Origin: Macrostomum lignano
Taxonomy: Eukaryota
Direction of reading: 5' to 3'
Length of the DNA: 64,000 bases
NCBI GenBank assembly: GCA_002269645.1
Contig: NIVC01001133.1
Coordinates: forward strand, 47,303 to 111,302
This document shows, piece after piece, positions 46,876-57,870 of this stretch. Position 1 is the first letter of the stretch; each line of letters begins with the position of its first letter. Under the pieces are notes generated by a model. The model was not told the DNA's origin and did not search any database. It saw nothing but the letters and a program-made list of their open reading frames with translations. Made by a program: the position numbers and the translations under genes.

Positions 46876-47761
46876 ATGCTATGAGTCACTAAGTAAATTT
46901 ACGAGTCATTCTGAATTATATAAATTGACTAAATGTTAAACCATACAATAATACACAACTGAAAATAATTAAAACAAAGTCCACATAATTAACAAGAAGA
47001 AATTTCTACGCCATTTACAGTTTGCCAGCGAAGCAAATTTTATTAATATATAACAAATAGGCCTCAGCTTTGCAAACAATGTAACTCCACTTTTTGCGTT
47101 AGAAAAATCTTCTTTTAAAAAAATATTATTTAACTTTTTTATTGAGGCAAAAAGATGGACTAACGAAGACGCATATCGCTTGCAATGTAATTACCTGTAA
47201 CTGCAAGTGTTAATTTGACATTTCGATTAGATTTAATAATAATAGTAATAATAATAATAGTATTAAGATAAAAGCTAAAAAACTAATTACATTAATCATC
47301 GTTAATTATCGATAAAACTGTTATTAATTATAGTTATTAGCCAACTGTAAAAGCAAGTTTAAGACGCAAACGATTCAAAAAAATTAATGTATATTATTAA
47401 AACAAAATGGAGAAATTATTTAGTCTGAAAACACAAATCAAGCTGTGGTTTATTAAATAATATAATTAACTCATAACTGCTGCAAAATCTAGAGAATGTA
47501 GTTAATTAAAAGGTGCGCGGATGTACTCTATTGCTAATACAGAACAAAAATGTTTTTGTTAGAACTGAATAAACTAACCTTAGTTAAAATCGAATCAAGC
47601 ACTGCGCAGTTTAAATAAATCTCTATAAATAGTCTTTCATTTTATTTTGTTATTACTATAAATTTAAAAAAAAAATAAATATACAGTCTTTGTGCTTTTC
47701 TGATGCGTATCTGATTGAATTTTTTTCGCCTGATTTATAAGAAACCAGTCGGGTAGGACCT

Positions 47762-48600
47762 TCTTCTAAGAAACGGGTCACATCCGACCACCAATTTCTA
47801 AGAAACGGGTCACATCCGACCACCAATTTCTAAGAAACGGGTCACATCCGACCACCAATTTCTAAGAAACGGGTCACATCCGACCACCAATTTCTAAGAA
47901 ACGGGTCACATCCGACCACCAATTTCTAAGAAACGGGTCACATCCGACCACCAATTTCTAAGAAACGGGTCACATCCGACCACCAATTTCTAAAAAACGG
48001 GTCACATCCGACTATCCATGTCTACGTCTGGCTACGTCTGACCCTCCATTTCTACGAAACCAGCTAGCTCTGACCTTCTATTTCGAAGAAACAAGCTAGC
48101 TCTGACCTATTTCTAAGAAACCAGCTAGCTCTGACTCTCTATTTCTAAGAAACCAGCTAGATCCGACCTTCTATTTCTAAGAAACAGCTAGCTCTGACCC
48201 TCTATTTCTAAGAAACCAACTAGATCTGACTCTCTATTTCTAAGAAACAGCTAGCTCTGACCCTCTATTTCTAAGAAACCAACTAGATCTGATCTTCTAT
48301 TTCTAAGAAACAGCTAGCTCTGACCCTCTATTTCTAAGAAACCGGCTAGGTCTATCCCTCTATTTCTAAGAAACCAGCTAGCTCTGACCTTCCATTTCTA
48401 AGAAACCAGCTAGATCTGACCTTATATTTCTAAAAAACCAGCTAGCTCTGACCCTCTTTTTCTAAGAAACCGGCTGGGCCTATCCCTCTATTTTTTAAGA
48501 AACTGACTAGACATGACCCTCCAATTCTAAGAAACCAGTTAGGTACGTTTGACACTCCATTTCTAAGAAACCGATAAGATCTGATTGTTGTTTCTAAGAA
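47762..48600. repeat. Compound minisatellite: 32-bp TTCTAAGAAACGGGTCACATCCGACCACCAAT, then diverged ~33-bp TTTCTAAGAAACCAGCTAGCTCTGACC units
   Basis: About 7.5 near-identical units, then about 16 diverged units sharing TTTCTAAGAAAC. Confidence 0.93.
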
Positions 48601-48758
48601 ACCGATCCAACTTTAGTCAGGATTTCTCTTAACATAAAATCATTAAAGTCTTTAAAAACTTCGAATTTCAATAGTCCAAAATTTGAAAAAAAAACATTTA
48701 ATTAAAAGTTCTTCATCAAGGTTGGACTCTGAGTCACACGTGTGTCAACTCTCGTACC

Positions 48759-49296
48759 TCATTTAGCGATATCAACGCCGTTGGAGTTGGCCAACCAGCT
48801 GTCCTTGCTTAGTTCGACATTTTTCCAATTGTCCAGAAGCAGAGCAGACAATGGCTGCTGCTGCTGTTGCGGCTTTTGCTCCTTCTGCTCCTGCGACAAA
48901 GTCGGCTGACTAACAATCATCGATTGCAGCTTCTGCTTCAACTCGGACTCCGGTTGAATTTGAGAAGCCGGCTTTGGCGCCTGAAACATTGGCAGCGGCA
49001 GTTGCAGCAGTTGCTGCTGCTGGTGGTTCAACTGCTGCTTGGATTTCGGCTGGCACCGATTCAGCCAGCGATCGTTGCTGCCCTCCAGCTCTTGGCGAAT
49101 CTTCGCTTCGCTGGATTCCTCGTCGGCCAGGCCCTGGAAGCAGCCGCCGTCGCACAGACAGTCAGAGCGGCTCTGGCACGGCTCGTTCGCTTTGCACACG
49201 TAGTTTATCAGCCAGCGGGTCTTGTCCTCGTCTATGGAGCCGGCGCTCAGGACCTGCAGTGCGGCATGGTGAGAAGGATGGCCATAAACTCATTTC

Positions 49297-49328
<32 letters not shown>

Positions 49329-50682
49329 CTCAAAGCTGTCAGCCAGTGAGGCGGCAGCATTGACAGCAGTGCCGCTGCCAGAGCCGCCAAGGCTGCTGCC
49401 GCTGCTGCTGCCGCAGCCACTGGCAGACCCGAGCTTCAGCGGAGTACGCGGCAGTCGAACCAGATAGGATCCCTGCTGCTGCTGCTGCTCCTGTTGAAGC
49501 ATCATCAGGCGGCTCTGTCCGCCGCCTCCGCCGCCGCCAGACGCCAGACTCTTGTGCTCCCAGCCTTCGTCCTCTTTATCGTCGTATTCCTCAACCGGCC
49601 CAGGCAGCGACGGCGTGGCGCTGCTGAAACTCGACGGCGACTGAGCATAGCCGCACACGATCCGGCCGTACTGGCTGATGGACTCGTGCATCGCGGCGCT
49701 CTCGGCTGTGAATGAGATCAGGGGCGGCTCGGCTGGCATCAGAGGCAGCTGGAGAGTCTGCTGAGATGTCAGAGTCTTCTGCAGGCAGCGCTCCTGACGC
49801 CGGAGCTGGTCAACCTGGTTGAGGGGGGGGGGGGGTTTCAATGGCAAATCAATATAAGTTATAGGAGCTAGGTTAAAACGGCCCTTTTTAGGACAGAGCT
49901 GCTCACTGTATAAACGTTAATTAACATCTTCCAATGCTTTGCTCCCCACCCCACCTTGTAATTCGTTGTGGAAAGCAATAATTTTTGTTTCAGGGAGCTA
50001 AAATGACTGCCTGTGGCGCTAAAATGAGTGCCTTGGGCGCTAGAATGAGTGCCTTGGGCGCTAAAATGAGTGCCTTGGGCGCTAAAATGAGTGCCTGTGG
50101 CGCTAAAATGAGTGCCTTGGGCGCTAAAATGACTGCCTGTGGCGCTAAAATGAGTGCCTGTGGCGCTAAAATGACTGCCTGTGGCGCTAAAATGAGTGCC
50201 TGTGGCGCTAAAATGAGTGCCTGTGGCGCTAAAATGAGTGCCTTGGGTGCTAAAATGAGCGCTGACTACATCGATTCTGAGAATAATGTACATGTAGGAA
50301 TTTAGTCATGTACATCTACATGCAGAATTGTTGGCGCTTTGTCCCCTCCCCCACCATAAAATCCATGGCGACGCCCCTGGGCCGTACACTCCTGTGTGAG
50401 TGGTGCCTGTGCATATGACTGGATACGTATCTACACTATCTACTATGAATGGGCAATAATGCCACTCGCCAGTTGTGTGACACTGTGACTCACCTGATCG
50501 GCCTGAACTAGCTCAACCTGCTGCACAAGCCACTGCTCCCTACTGCGCATGGCAGCAATCTGCTTAGCAACACTGTCCCTGATGGAGGCTTTCACAGCTT
50601 CAGCATTGTCTTCAAGAGATTTCCGACAGCTAGTGAGGTGAGACATGGCCTGGTATAGGCGGGTTCGCTCAGAGTCAACCAT
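48759..50682 (-). CDS. NCOA4: Nuclear receptor coactivator 4 (NCOA4/ARA70)-like; ferritinophagy receptor homolog
   Basis: Exons 50682-50494, 49814-49329, 49253-48759 give ~389 aa. The N-terminal coiled coil AMRSREQWLVQQVELV resembles human LRSREVWLYEQVDLI. The motif VCKANEPCQSRSDCLCDGGC resembles human [20 protein letters not shown]. Human sequences are from memory. Confidence 0.8.
49296..49328. repeat. (AGAC)n microsatellite starting at the donor of NCOA4 intron 2
   Basis: Eight units; the GT donor is the first dinucleotide of (GTCT)n on the sense strand. Confidence 0.95.
49996..50379. mobile_element. MITE-derived 21-bp minisatellite (GCTAAAATGAGTGCCTGTGGC) followed by a MITE right end, NCOA4 intron 1
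   Basis: About 13 units matching the internal repeats of the 36983 MITE. The end GTCCCCTCCCC..AAATCCATGGCGACGCCCCTG (to 50379) matches that MITE's right end. No left TIR found. Confidence 0.78.
50383..50432. repeat. Family A fragment, inverted, NCOA4 intron 1
   Basis: The reverse complement GATACGTATCCAGTCATATGCACAGGCACCACTCACACAGGAGTG matches 31912-31958. Confidence 0.75.
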
Positions 50683-53600
50683 GATGAATTCTTGATTGGT
50701 TATTTAGTTAAAATTAGATTGAACAGCATGCAAAAAATATTAAACTATTAAAACATATAATATACATTAAGCTAGTTATTCTACGAGTGTGATATATTTT
50801 TCTTCCATTTTATATTTTCCTTTCTAGTCCTTTTTATTCTTGGTCACCAATTTTGCAACTTAAATATAGACTCTTAGTCAGCTACAATTTATGTTAGTTA
50901 GAATTAGATTACTTTGGTTAGCCATTAACTTGACTATATGATGTACTTGTATATGCCATTTATCTTTGATTAATATAACTTATATTGCATTTTGAAGTCA
51001 ACTTTATTTATTTATATTACTCAACTAGCAATCTAATGCTAGAAAATACTAATAAATAGATATAATAATAGCATAGTACAATAGTGCTATAGCTAAAATC
51101 TGCTAACAATACATCATAATAGACCTAAAAATTATAATATGAATATAGCATCTACTATATAGAATATAGTGAGTTATATAGAAAATGTGACCAAAATGAA
51201 AAACAAAAATAAATTTTCCTAGTTAAAAAAACATAGGTAGATAACTAAGAAATATTAGAAAATGGTATAGGAAATATTCAATAGAAAAAATAATAATACA
51301 ATAGTAAAAATACAAACAAAATACAAACAAACAAAATAAAGCCCATTTGCAAGGCCAAGTCTTGAGCTATGCATAGAACTTTAGATGCTCCATTTGGCAT
51401 CTAACTGTGGGAATTCATGTGGTATCAGGACTTTTTGAAACTACCAATTTGGCAATATCCTATACTAGTATAATAACTCAAGTCAGTAAGTTTGGATGCC
51501 TAGCCTAATGTTATACTATGCTACCAATAGGCACAGTGATGCTCTGTATACAAGTAAACTCATTTTGTCATGAAAATGTGTAGAACTTGAATTGTTACAG
51601 AGGTGTTACAACACTTTCCAAAGCTTATACAGTGACTATGGTATAAATAATAATAAAAGTAACAAATGTTATCTGCTCTCTTTGCATTATGATAAATTGG
51701 CAAGAAGTTACTATAGCCCTGCCTAACAAGCTTCTTAGAAAAGGATACACAAAGAAAGCAGCTTATAAGTTGCCGAGTTATTAAATGCACTTATATTTGA
51801 GTTTTTGATTTACTATTTTACTAAGACAAGGGGTAGGCTTGCTAGTAGGTCTCAGAATGATAGATATAAGTGGTTGATTTTTTTTGCTTTAAGTTAATGT
51901 CTATTATTTACTTTTCTAGCCCATTCTCTAAGTTAATTGCACTACACTAGATTAAGGCATTATTACCCTATTTGAACTTTATTGTTTTATTCATATATTT
52001 ATAGTCCCAACTACTTAAACTCATGGCTATGCCCTGTCTATTTCTAAGCACAGGTTAGGTATAGCTTTGTATAAAATAGTGACAAAATTAAATATTGGAA
52101 TCTTCCAGATCAACAACTTATTAATAGTAGTGTAGAAACACTACACTAGCCCTGAGAGAAAAGTGGCATTTTCCAGGACATGCAACTTGCGTGTTTTTTT
52201 TTATTTCAGGTTGGTGTGATGTGGCTATAGCCAGGTCGTGGCATGGCGCGCAAGGTGGCCAAGCATAGTATGGGTATAGCATAGCATGGCGCGGAGCAAC
52301 ATGGCAAGAAAGGCAGAATCATTACATGTATACAACTTCTAGTGGTCCTTGGTCAGAATATTTATAGATAATAGTTGAAGATTCCAGAATCTCCCTGAAT
52401 ATTTTATACATTAATTTAAAACAAAAAATTGCAATTTTTAGCTCAGTACACTTTAAGGCTCATTTTTTGGCCTCAGTGCACTTTTCAGCTAAAAGCTATT
52501 GTTTCTTAGTGCATGTCCAAGCAGTTTGTGCAGATATTCCAATAGGGATATTTGAACTTTTTACTAAACTTAACATGGTCATAAAAACTCTAATAAAAGG
52601 AATAACTTTGGTATAAATTGTTTCTAGATGTATATCTTTTTTATCAGAAGCTATTTTGAAGTCTAGTTTAATAGATTATAATATATAATTCATGAGGCAT
52701 TCTTAAATAAGTTAAAACAAGCATGAATTATTTAAAAGGCAAGCAACCTTATGTTAGTCTTATTTTTTTAAATCTAATAAACAAGATAACTTAATTCATT
52801 AGAAAGTTATTTCATTTGGTTTTTTATTTTTCTAAAAATAAAATTTTTTTAAATTTTAAAAAATTTTAAATTAAAAAAAAATTTTCTTTAGGCAGGATTG
52901 GGATCGAGAATAAATTTTTTCTTGGAGTTGGGATCAGGATCAGGATTTGGGAATTGGGATTAGGTCTTTTAGTGTATTACCCATATAAAGTTAAACAAAA
53001 TTAAGCAAAAATGCCGAGATCAAAAAGTAAAACACAACATACTTGATACAAAGTGTAGAAGGGCCTATGTTTATTCTAAGAAATTTAGTATCTTTTTTGC
53101 GAAATTAAATTCCTGCCAAAATAACAACTATTGTATAATTTGTTTTAATGTACCATTTTGTTTTAACATAGAAATTTTGTTTTATTAAGGCAAAATAATT
53201 TTGTTTTAGTTTGATGTTGTTTTAATGCATGTTATACGAGCCAATTAGATGAGACATTAACCACTATAAATACAAGGCAAAAATTGCATTCTTTCTTTAA
53301 CCTCAACTTTTCGGGTTCCTAACTCAGTTAACAGGAAATTAAGATTTATTGGTTCTTCTGAATTAGTTATTTGAAGCAGTAATGCAAGCTAAGTTACCAT
53401 GTTGGATAGAATTAAGAGTGTTTTGTCAAAGCAGAGATTGTTAGTCAAGCATTGTGCCCAGTAAGAGGGTGGAATACCCAGTAAAAGGGTGGAATACCCA
53501 GTATAGAAGGTGAAATACCCTGTGTAAAGGTTGGGTTACCCAGGAAAGGAAAATATTCAGGCTGCTTCAGATTAGCGTGATGCAGTTCTAAATCGTGAGA

Positions 53601-55314
53601 GACAGTACTTAAAGAAACCAGAAACCCCTTGGTCTGTGGTAAATACTTTGTTTGGACTGGATAATTTTAGGAATTTAGCAGTAGTCAGCAGTGTCTTGCC
53701 GCTTAGGCACTGAAGCTACCAAGGGTAACTTGTAGTGACAATAGCCCATAACATAAAAGTACATGTAAGTAAAAAATAGGGTTCTTAGAAAAAGCAAACT
53801 TAGCAGATTTAGTATAGTTCAGTGATTAAACTTTAGAATTAAATAGAGAGAGCCAGAAGGCCTGCAACAACTTGGTATCAGCAGTAGTGGGATAGGCCCT
53901 AATTAAAATTAGGGAATCTCATCCTTGATACAAAAGTTTTGTAACCAACAAAATAAAAGTATGATAAGTACAAGTTAAAACAAAATATATTCAAGTAATG
54001 ACCTGAATTAATCACTAATTCTATAAATTTTTGATCAAAAGACCTGTTCCCAATTCTCATGTTTTTTGGGGTTGGGATTCTAGTCTTGTGGGAATCTAAT
54101 TTTCCAAGGAATCCCAAGATTTGGGATTTGGATCCTATTATCTAACCTCTACTAGAAATCCCAGGACTAGACATAGCATGCCAATTCCATAGGACATACA
54201 TAGGCATCGCTAGGCTATGTTAGGCCTAGGCAATATGCCTACTAAGTCAAGTCAGAATCATATTCATAAGACATAATGATTAATGAATGACACATATAAC
54301 TAACCTGGGTTTATTTTTTGGGCCATATAGGGTTTTTTGGCCCCTTGAAAATCTCATTGGCAACTGGATTTTTAGCATCAGAGGCCAATCTGGTGGCGAC
54401 TTCATTTCCCCCATGCCAGTTGACATATTCAAAAAAATGATTTTGTAAATGTAATAAAAGTTCTATAGGCCTATGAATAAAAGTTATGGCAAATACTAAG
54501 TTACAAAAATTAACAATGTCAATAGGCCTAACAAGTCCCTGATAGTCTCATTCCCATAGTCATATAGTATAGTGCTTACTGTTTAATATGTTTAATAACT
54601 TAGCCTTGGAAATATAATATACATCCTTGAGAATGTGGCTAGGCCTAGTTGCCAATGGGCAACCAAAAATAGCCATTGCAACTAGAGTTTGAGCCCCAAG
54701 GGCCAGCTGGCAACTATATTTCCAACCTTATAAAAAACCCAGCATGACGGCCACTATTCTATTGTCTATTGACTATTGGCACAAATTTATTAACAAAATT
54801 CATAAACTTGAAGAAGTCCGACACCCAAAGTACGCCTTAAAAATTTCAATCGATGTTTTGTTTTTCATTCCAGTTATTTTGCGGACATTTAAGCTCATAA
54901 ATGAAAGATTTATGCAGTGCCTGGGTACCGCCCTTATCCGATGCGAGCGAGCGTACAATATTCCGGTTTCTATTTCTGATTTCTAATCTTTAAGTTCATC
55001 CCTAACCCGGAAAAGAACAAATGGAATAAACAAATTTTTCTAGTTTCATGCGTTTTAACAGCAAGTTTAGTTAAAGCTAAAAAACTTTAGCTACAAAAAT
55101 ACAAAAATTTTTTATCTACGAGCTTTAAACATAAAAAAGTAGTATCGGATTTTTTAGCTGTATAACAACGCTTGTGTAAACCATAAGCAAAAGCATTTCT
55201 AAAAAAAATACTTCCACTTATTCAAGCTGATGCATGTAAAAATAAAATCGGAAATTATAAGAAATGCTTTTTTGCTTTTTTTGCAAGTTCGTGCTCGAGA
55301 GCATAAAATCTATC

Positions 55315-55580
55315 TATGATCAAGAGGAGAGAGAATTAAGAGGAGGGAAGTTTTGTGAGAGGGGAGAGTGAGGACGAGGAGTGAGAAAGAAGAGAAGAGG
55401 GGGGAGAGGAGAGAGTAGAGAGCGGAGAGAAATGAGAAGAGATAAGAGACTAGGGTCGGCAGAGACAAAATTAGAAGAAAAAAAGAGATGAGAGAGCAAA
55501 GACGAGAGAGATGAGAGGTGATCGGGAATATCGACGATGAGAGAAGAGGAAAGAGAGGAGATAGAAATTAAGAAGAGAAT

Positions 55581-55618
<38 letters not shown>

Positions 55619-55650
55619 GAGGGATAGAGAGAAGAGACTGAAGAGGAAAT
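55315..55650. repeat. GA-rich low-complexity tract including (GA)n
   Basis: Purine-only stretches, directly visible. Confidence 0.85.
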
Positions 55651-56204
55651 AAGTTTCAAAGCTGATCCGATGGACGTACGTACATGTAGAGAGAGGCAGA
55701 GACAGAGGGCCAAAGTTTGCCAATACATGCAGTACATATTTTCGAAAGACATTCCTGACATGTGCACAGCAACCCAGCCAACGAGATCATGCTTTCCTCA
55801 AATCTTAATTTTACACGAATTTACTCCATTTTATATGTTCACCTCCATCCTAACATCCCATAACTATTGATACTTCATAATCCTGATTGACACCGCTGCA
55901 CAACATAATCAATAAAAAGTACATGTAGTCATACAAAACTATCACAAGATTATACTGTACATTAATTCAATTTGAATGAAACCACACTTAAAGTATAAAT
56001 TAGGTTAAAATGCCATAGCATTGGGATCATGTATACGGACACGAAAAAAGCAAAATGAAGGTTTCATTAGTTTCACCAACTTCGAAAGATTCACTAACAC
56101 TATTTATTATTGTCAGGAAGCAATCAGGGTAACCTTGAGCGTGCTAAAACGGCTGAAAATATAATTATGAAACATTAACGCAAAAAGACACACAGGCTTC
56201 AGTA

Positions 56205-57870
56205 GAGCTGCTCTCTCCCTTGCCTGTCTTCTTGGCTTCAGCCGAGCTGCTCTCTCCCTTGCCTCATGTCTTCTTGGCTTCAGTCGAGCTGCTCTCTCCC
56301 TTGCCTGTCTTCAATTGGCTTCAGCCGAGCTGCTCTCTCCCTTGCCTGTCTTCTTGGCTTCAGCCGAGCTGCTCTCTCGGAGAGCAACGGCCTGCGCCCC
56401 CCCCCCCGAGGTGCCCTCCGGAGGATCACCAATTAAAGTCCACGAAATGCAGGTCAGCAACGGCCCAGCACCGCAACGCAGTCTCTTCGCCGCCCAATTG
56501 GCATCTGGCGGCCACCAGCCGATCAAATGCCTAGCCGACGCCTGAACCAGCTGGCCGAGCCTCAACGGCTCCCCCGTCGGCCCAAGGCGCCCCCCAACCC
56601 GGCAGTCCGCGCGCGCGGCACCCCAGTAGCCTGCACCTCCTGCAGCTCAACGGAAATTTAGGGCGTCGCCGCTAAGATGCCCAAAATGTTGCAAGCGGCT
56701 GCTGGACCTGCGCGTCAACGTGGCGTATCTGCAAGAGACCCAAACCACCTATGGACGGGATCCGCACCTGCCGGGGTTCAACGCAATCTGGCTCCACCGA
56801 CAGAGCGACCGGCGCTCTGGCGGCCCCGCGCGCGGAGGAGCGTTACAATCCTCATCCGCGAGGGGCTGCGCTTCGAGGTGCTGCAGGAGCGCCCCTACGC
56901 CCCCGGTAATGTCACCACGAAGTGGGCCGGTGTTCGGGTTCTCCCCTCTGAAAAGAGCGTCGAGAGCCTGGACATCCACTGCTTCTACGAGTACATCCCA
57001 CCGCTCAGAACGGCCGAAGGCGACGACCACGTGCAGCGTTTCAGCCCCCATCACCTGTCGGGCGTCAACACGTGATCCTGGGCGACCTGAACGAGCACCA
57101 TCCGGCCTGGCATCTGGTACCTGGACCCCGAATCAGAAGAGTCGGACCTGAGCACGGTGGTCTTCGAGTGGTCCGTGGTGTCCGGCATGCGCGTCCTGAA
57201 CGACGGCAGCACCATCCACATGCCGCGCCGCGCTGCGCAGACAGTACCTGACGTCAGCCTGTGCCACAAGTCGCTCGCCAAACGGGCTGAGTGGCAGGTT
57301 TGGGGAGACGTCGGCTTCGGAACCACCTGCCGATCGATTTGCATCACCATTCATCACAGCTAAGGTGCGGCCAAGCGCGCGGGCGCCACCCGGCGGGCCT
57401 GGGCGAAGGCGGACTGTGCCAGTTTCCGCGCCCGGACCGAGGAAGCCCTGGCTTTCTGGGAGGCCTGCCCGCCCGAGTCGGTCAGCGAGGCCAACCGGCA
57501 GCTGACCGCGGTTCCTCCGCGAAGGCCTGGTGGACGCCAGAGGTCGACGACGCCAAGAAGATGATCGCCGACGCCAAACGCGAGAGCTGGCTGGGAAGGA
57601 CCGGCGAGCTGGCAGCCGACAGCGACCACTACAAGATCTGGAGAGTTGTTCGCTACCTCGACGGCAGAAATAGCATCGCTCCGGTTGGGACAGAAGACGC
57701 TCGTCCAGTCGAAGGACATCGCCGAGGCCTACGCCCGTGAGTATGCCGGCATCAGCCGCCTCACGCAAGATCGCAGGACGCGAGACCTCCGTCGCGAGAA
57801 CTTTCGCAGCAGCGCTTCGCGGGCCGGCGCCGACAGCCATGGAGCAAAGACTTTGAAAAGCCATTCTATG
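56205..57870 (+). mobile_element. Decayed non-LTR retrotransposon (LINE): APE endonuclease and linker, truncated before RT
   Basis: Across frameshifts and stops it reads LHLLQLNGN, VAYLQET, RGG-VTILIR, YIPP, ILGDLNEHHPAW, LNDGSTIH, PDVSLCH, KAWWTPEV. These resemble I/R1/Jockey-type endonucleases. About four ~39-bp repeats lie at 56205-56380 in the 5' part. Confidence 0.85.

Noticed and set aside
54305-54742. Possible MITE with CTGGGTTT / AAACCCAG ends
   Set aside because: Only 8 bp of inverted match, no TSD, and no second copy in the window.
50700-56200. Short ORFs in the AT-rich region upstream of NCOA4
   Set aside because: All are under 100 aa, low-complexity or AT-biased, with no splice-consistent homology.
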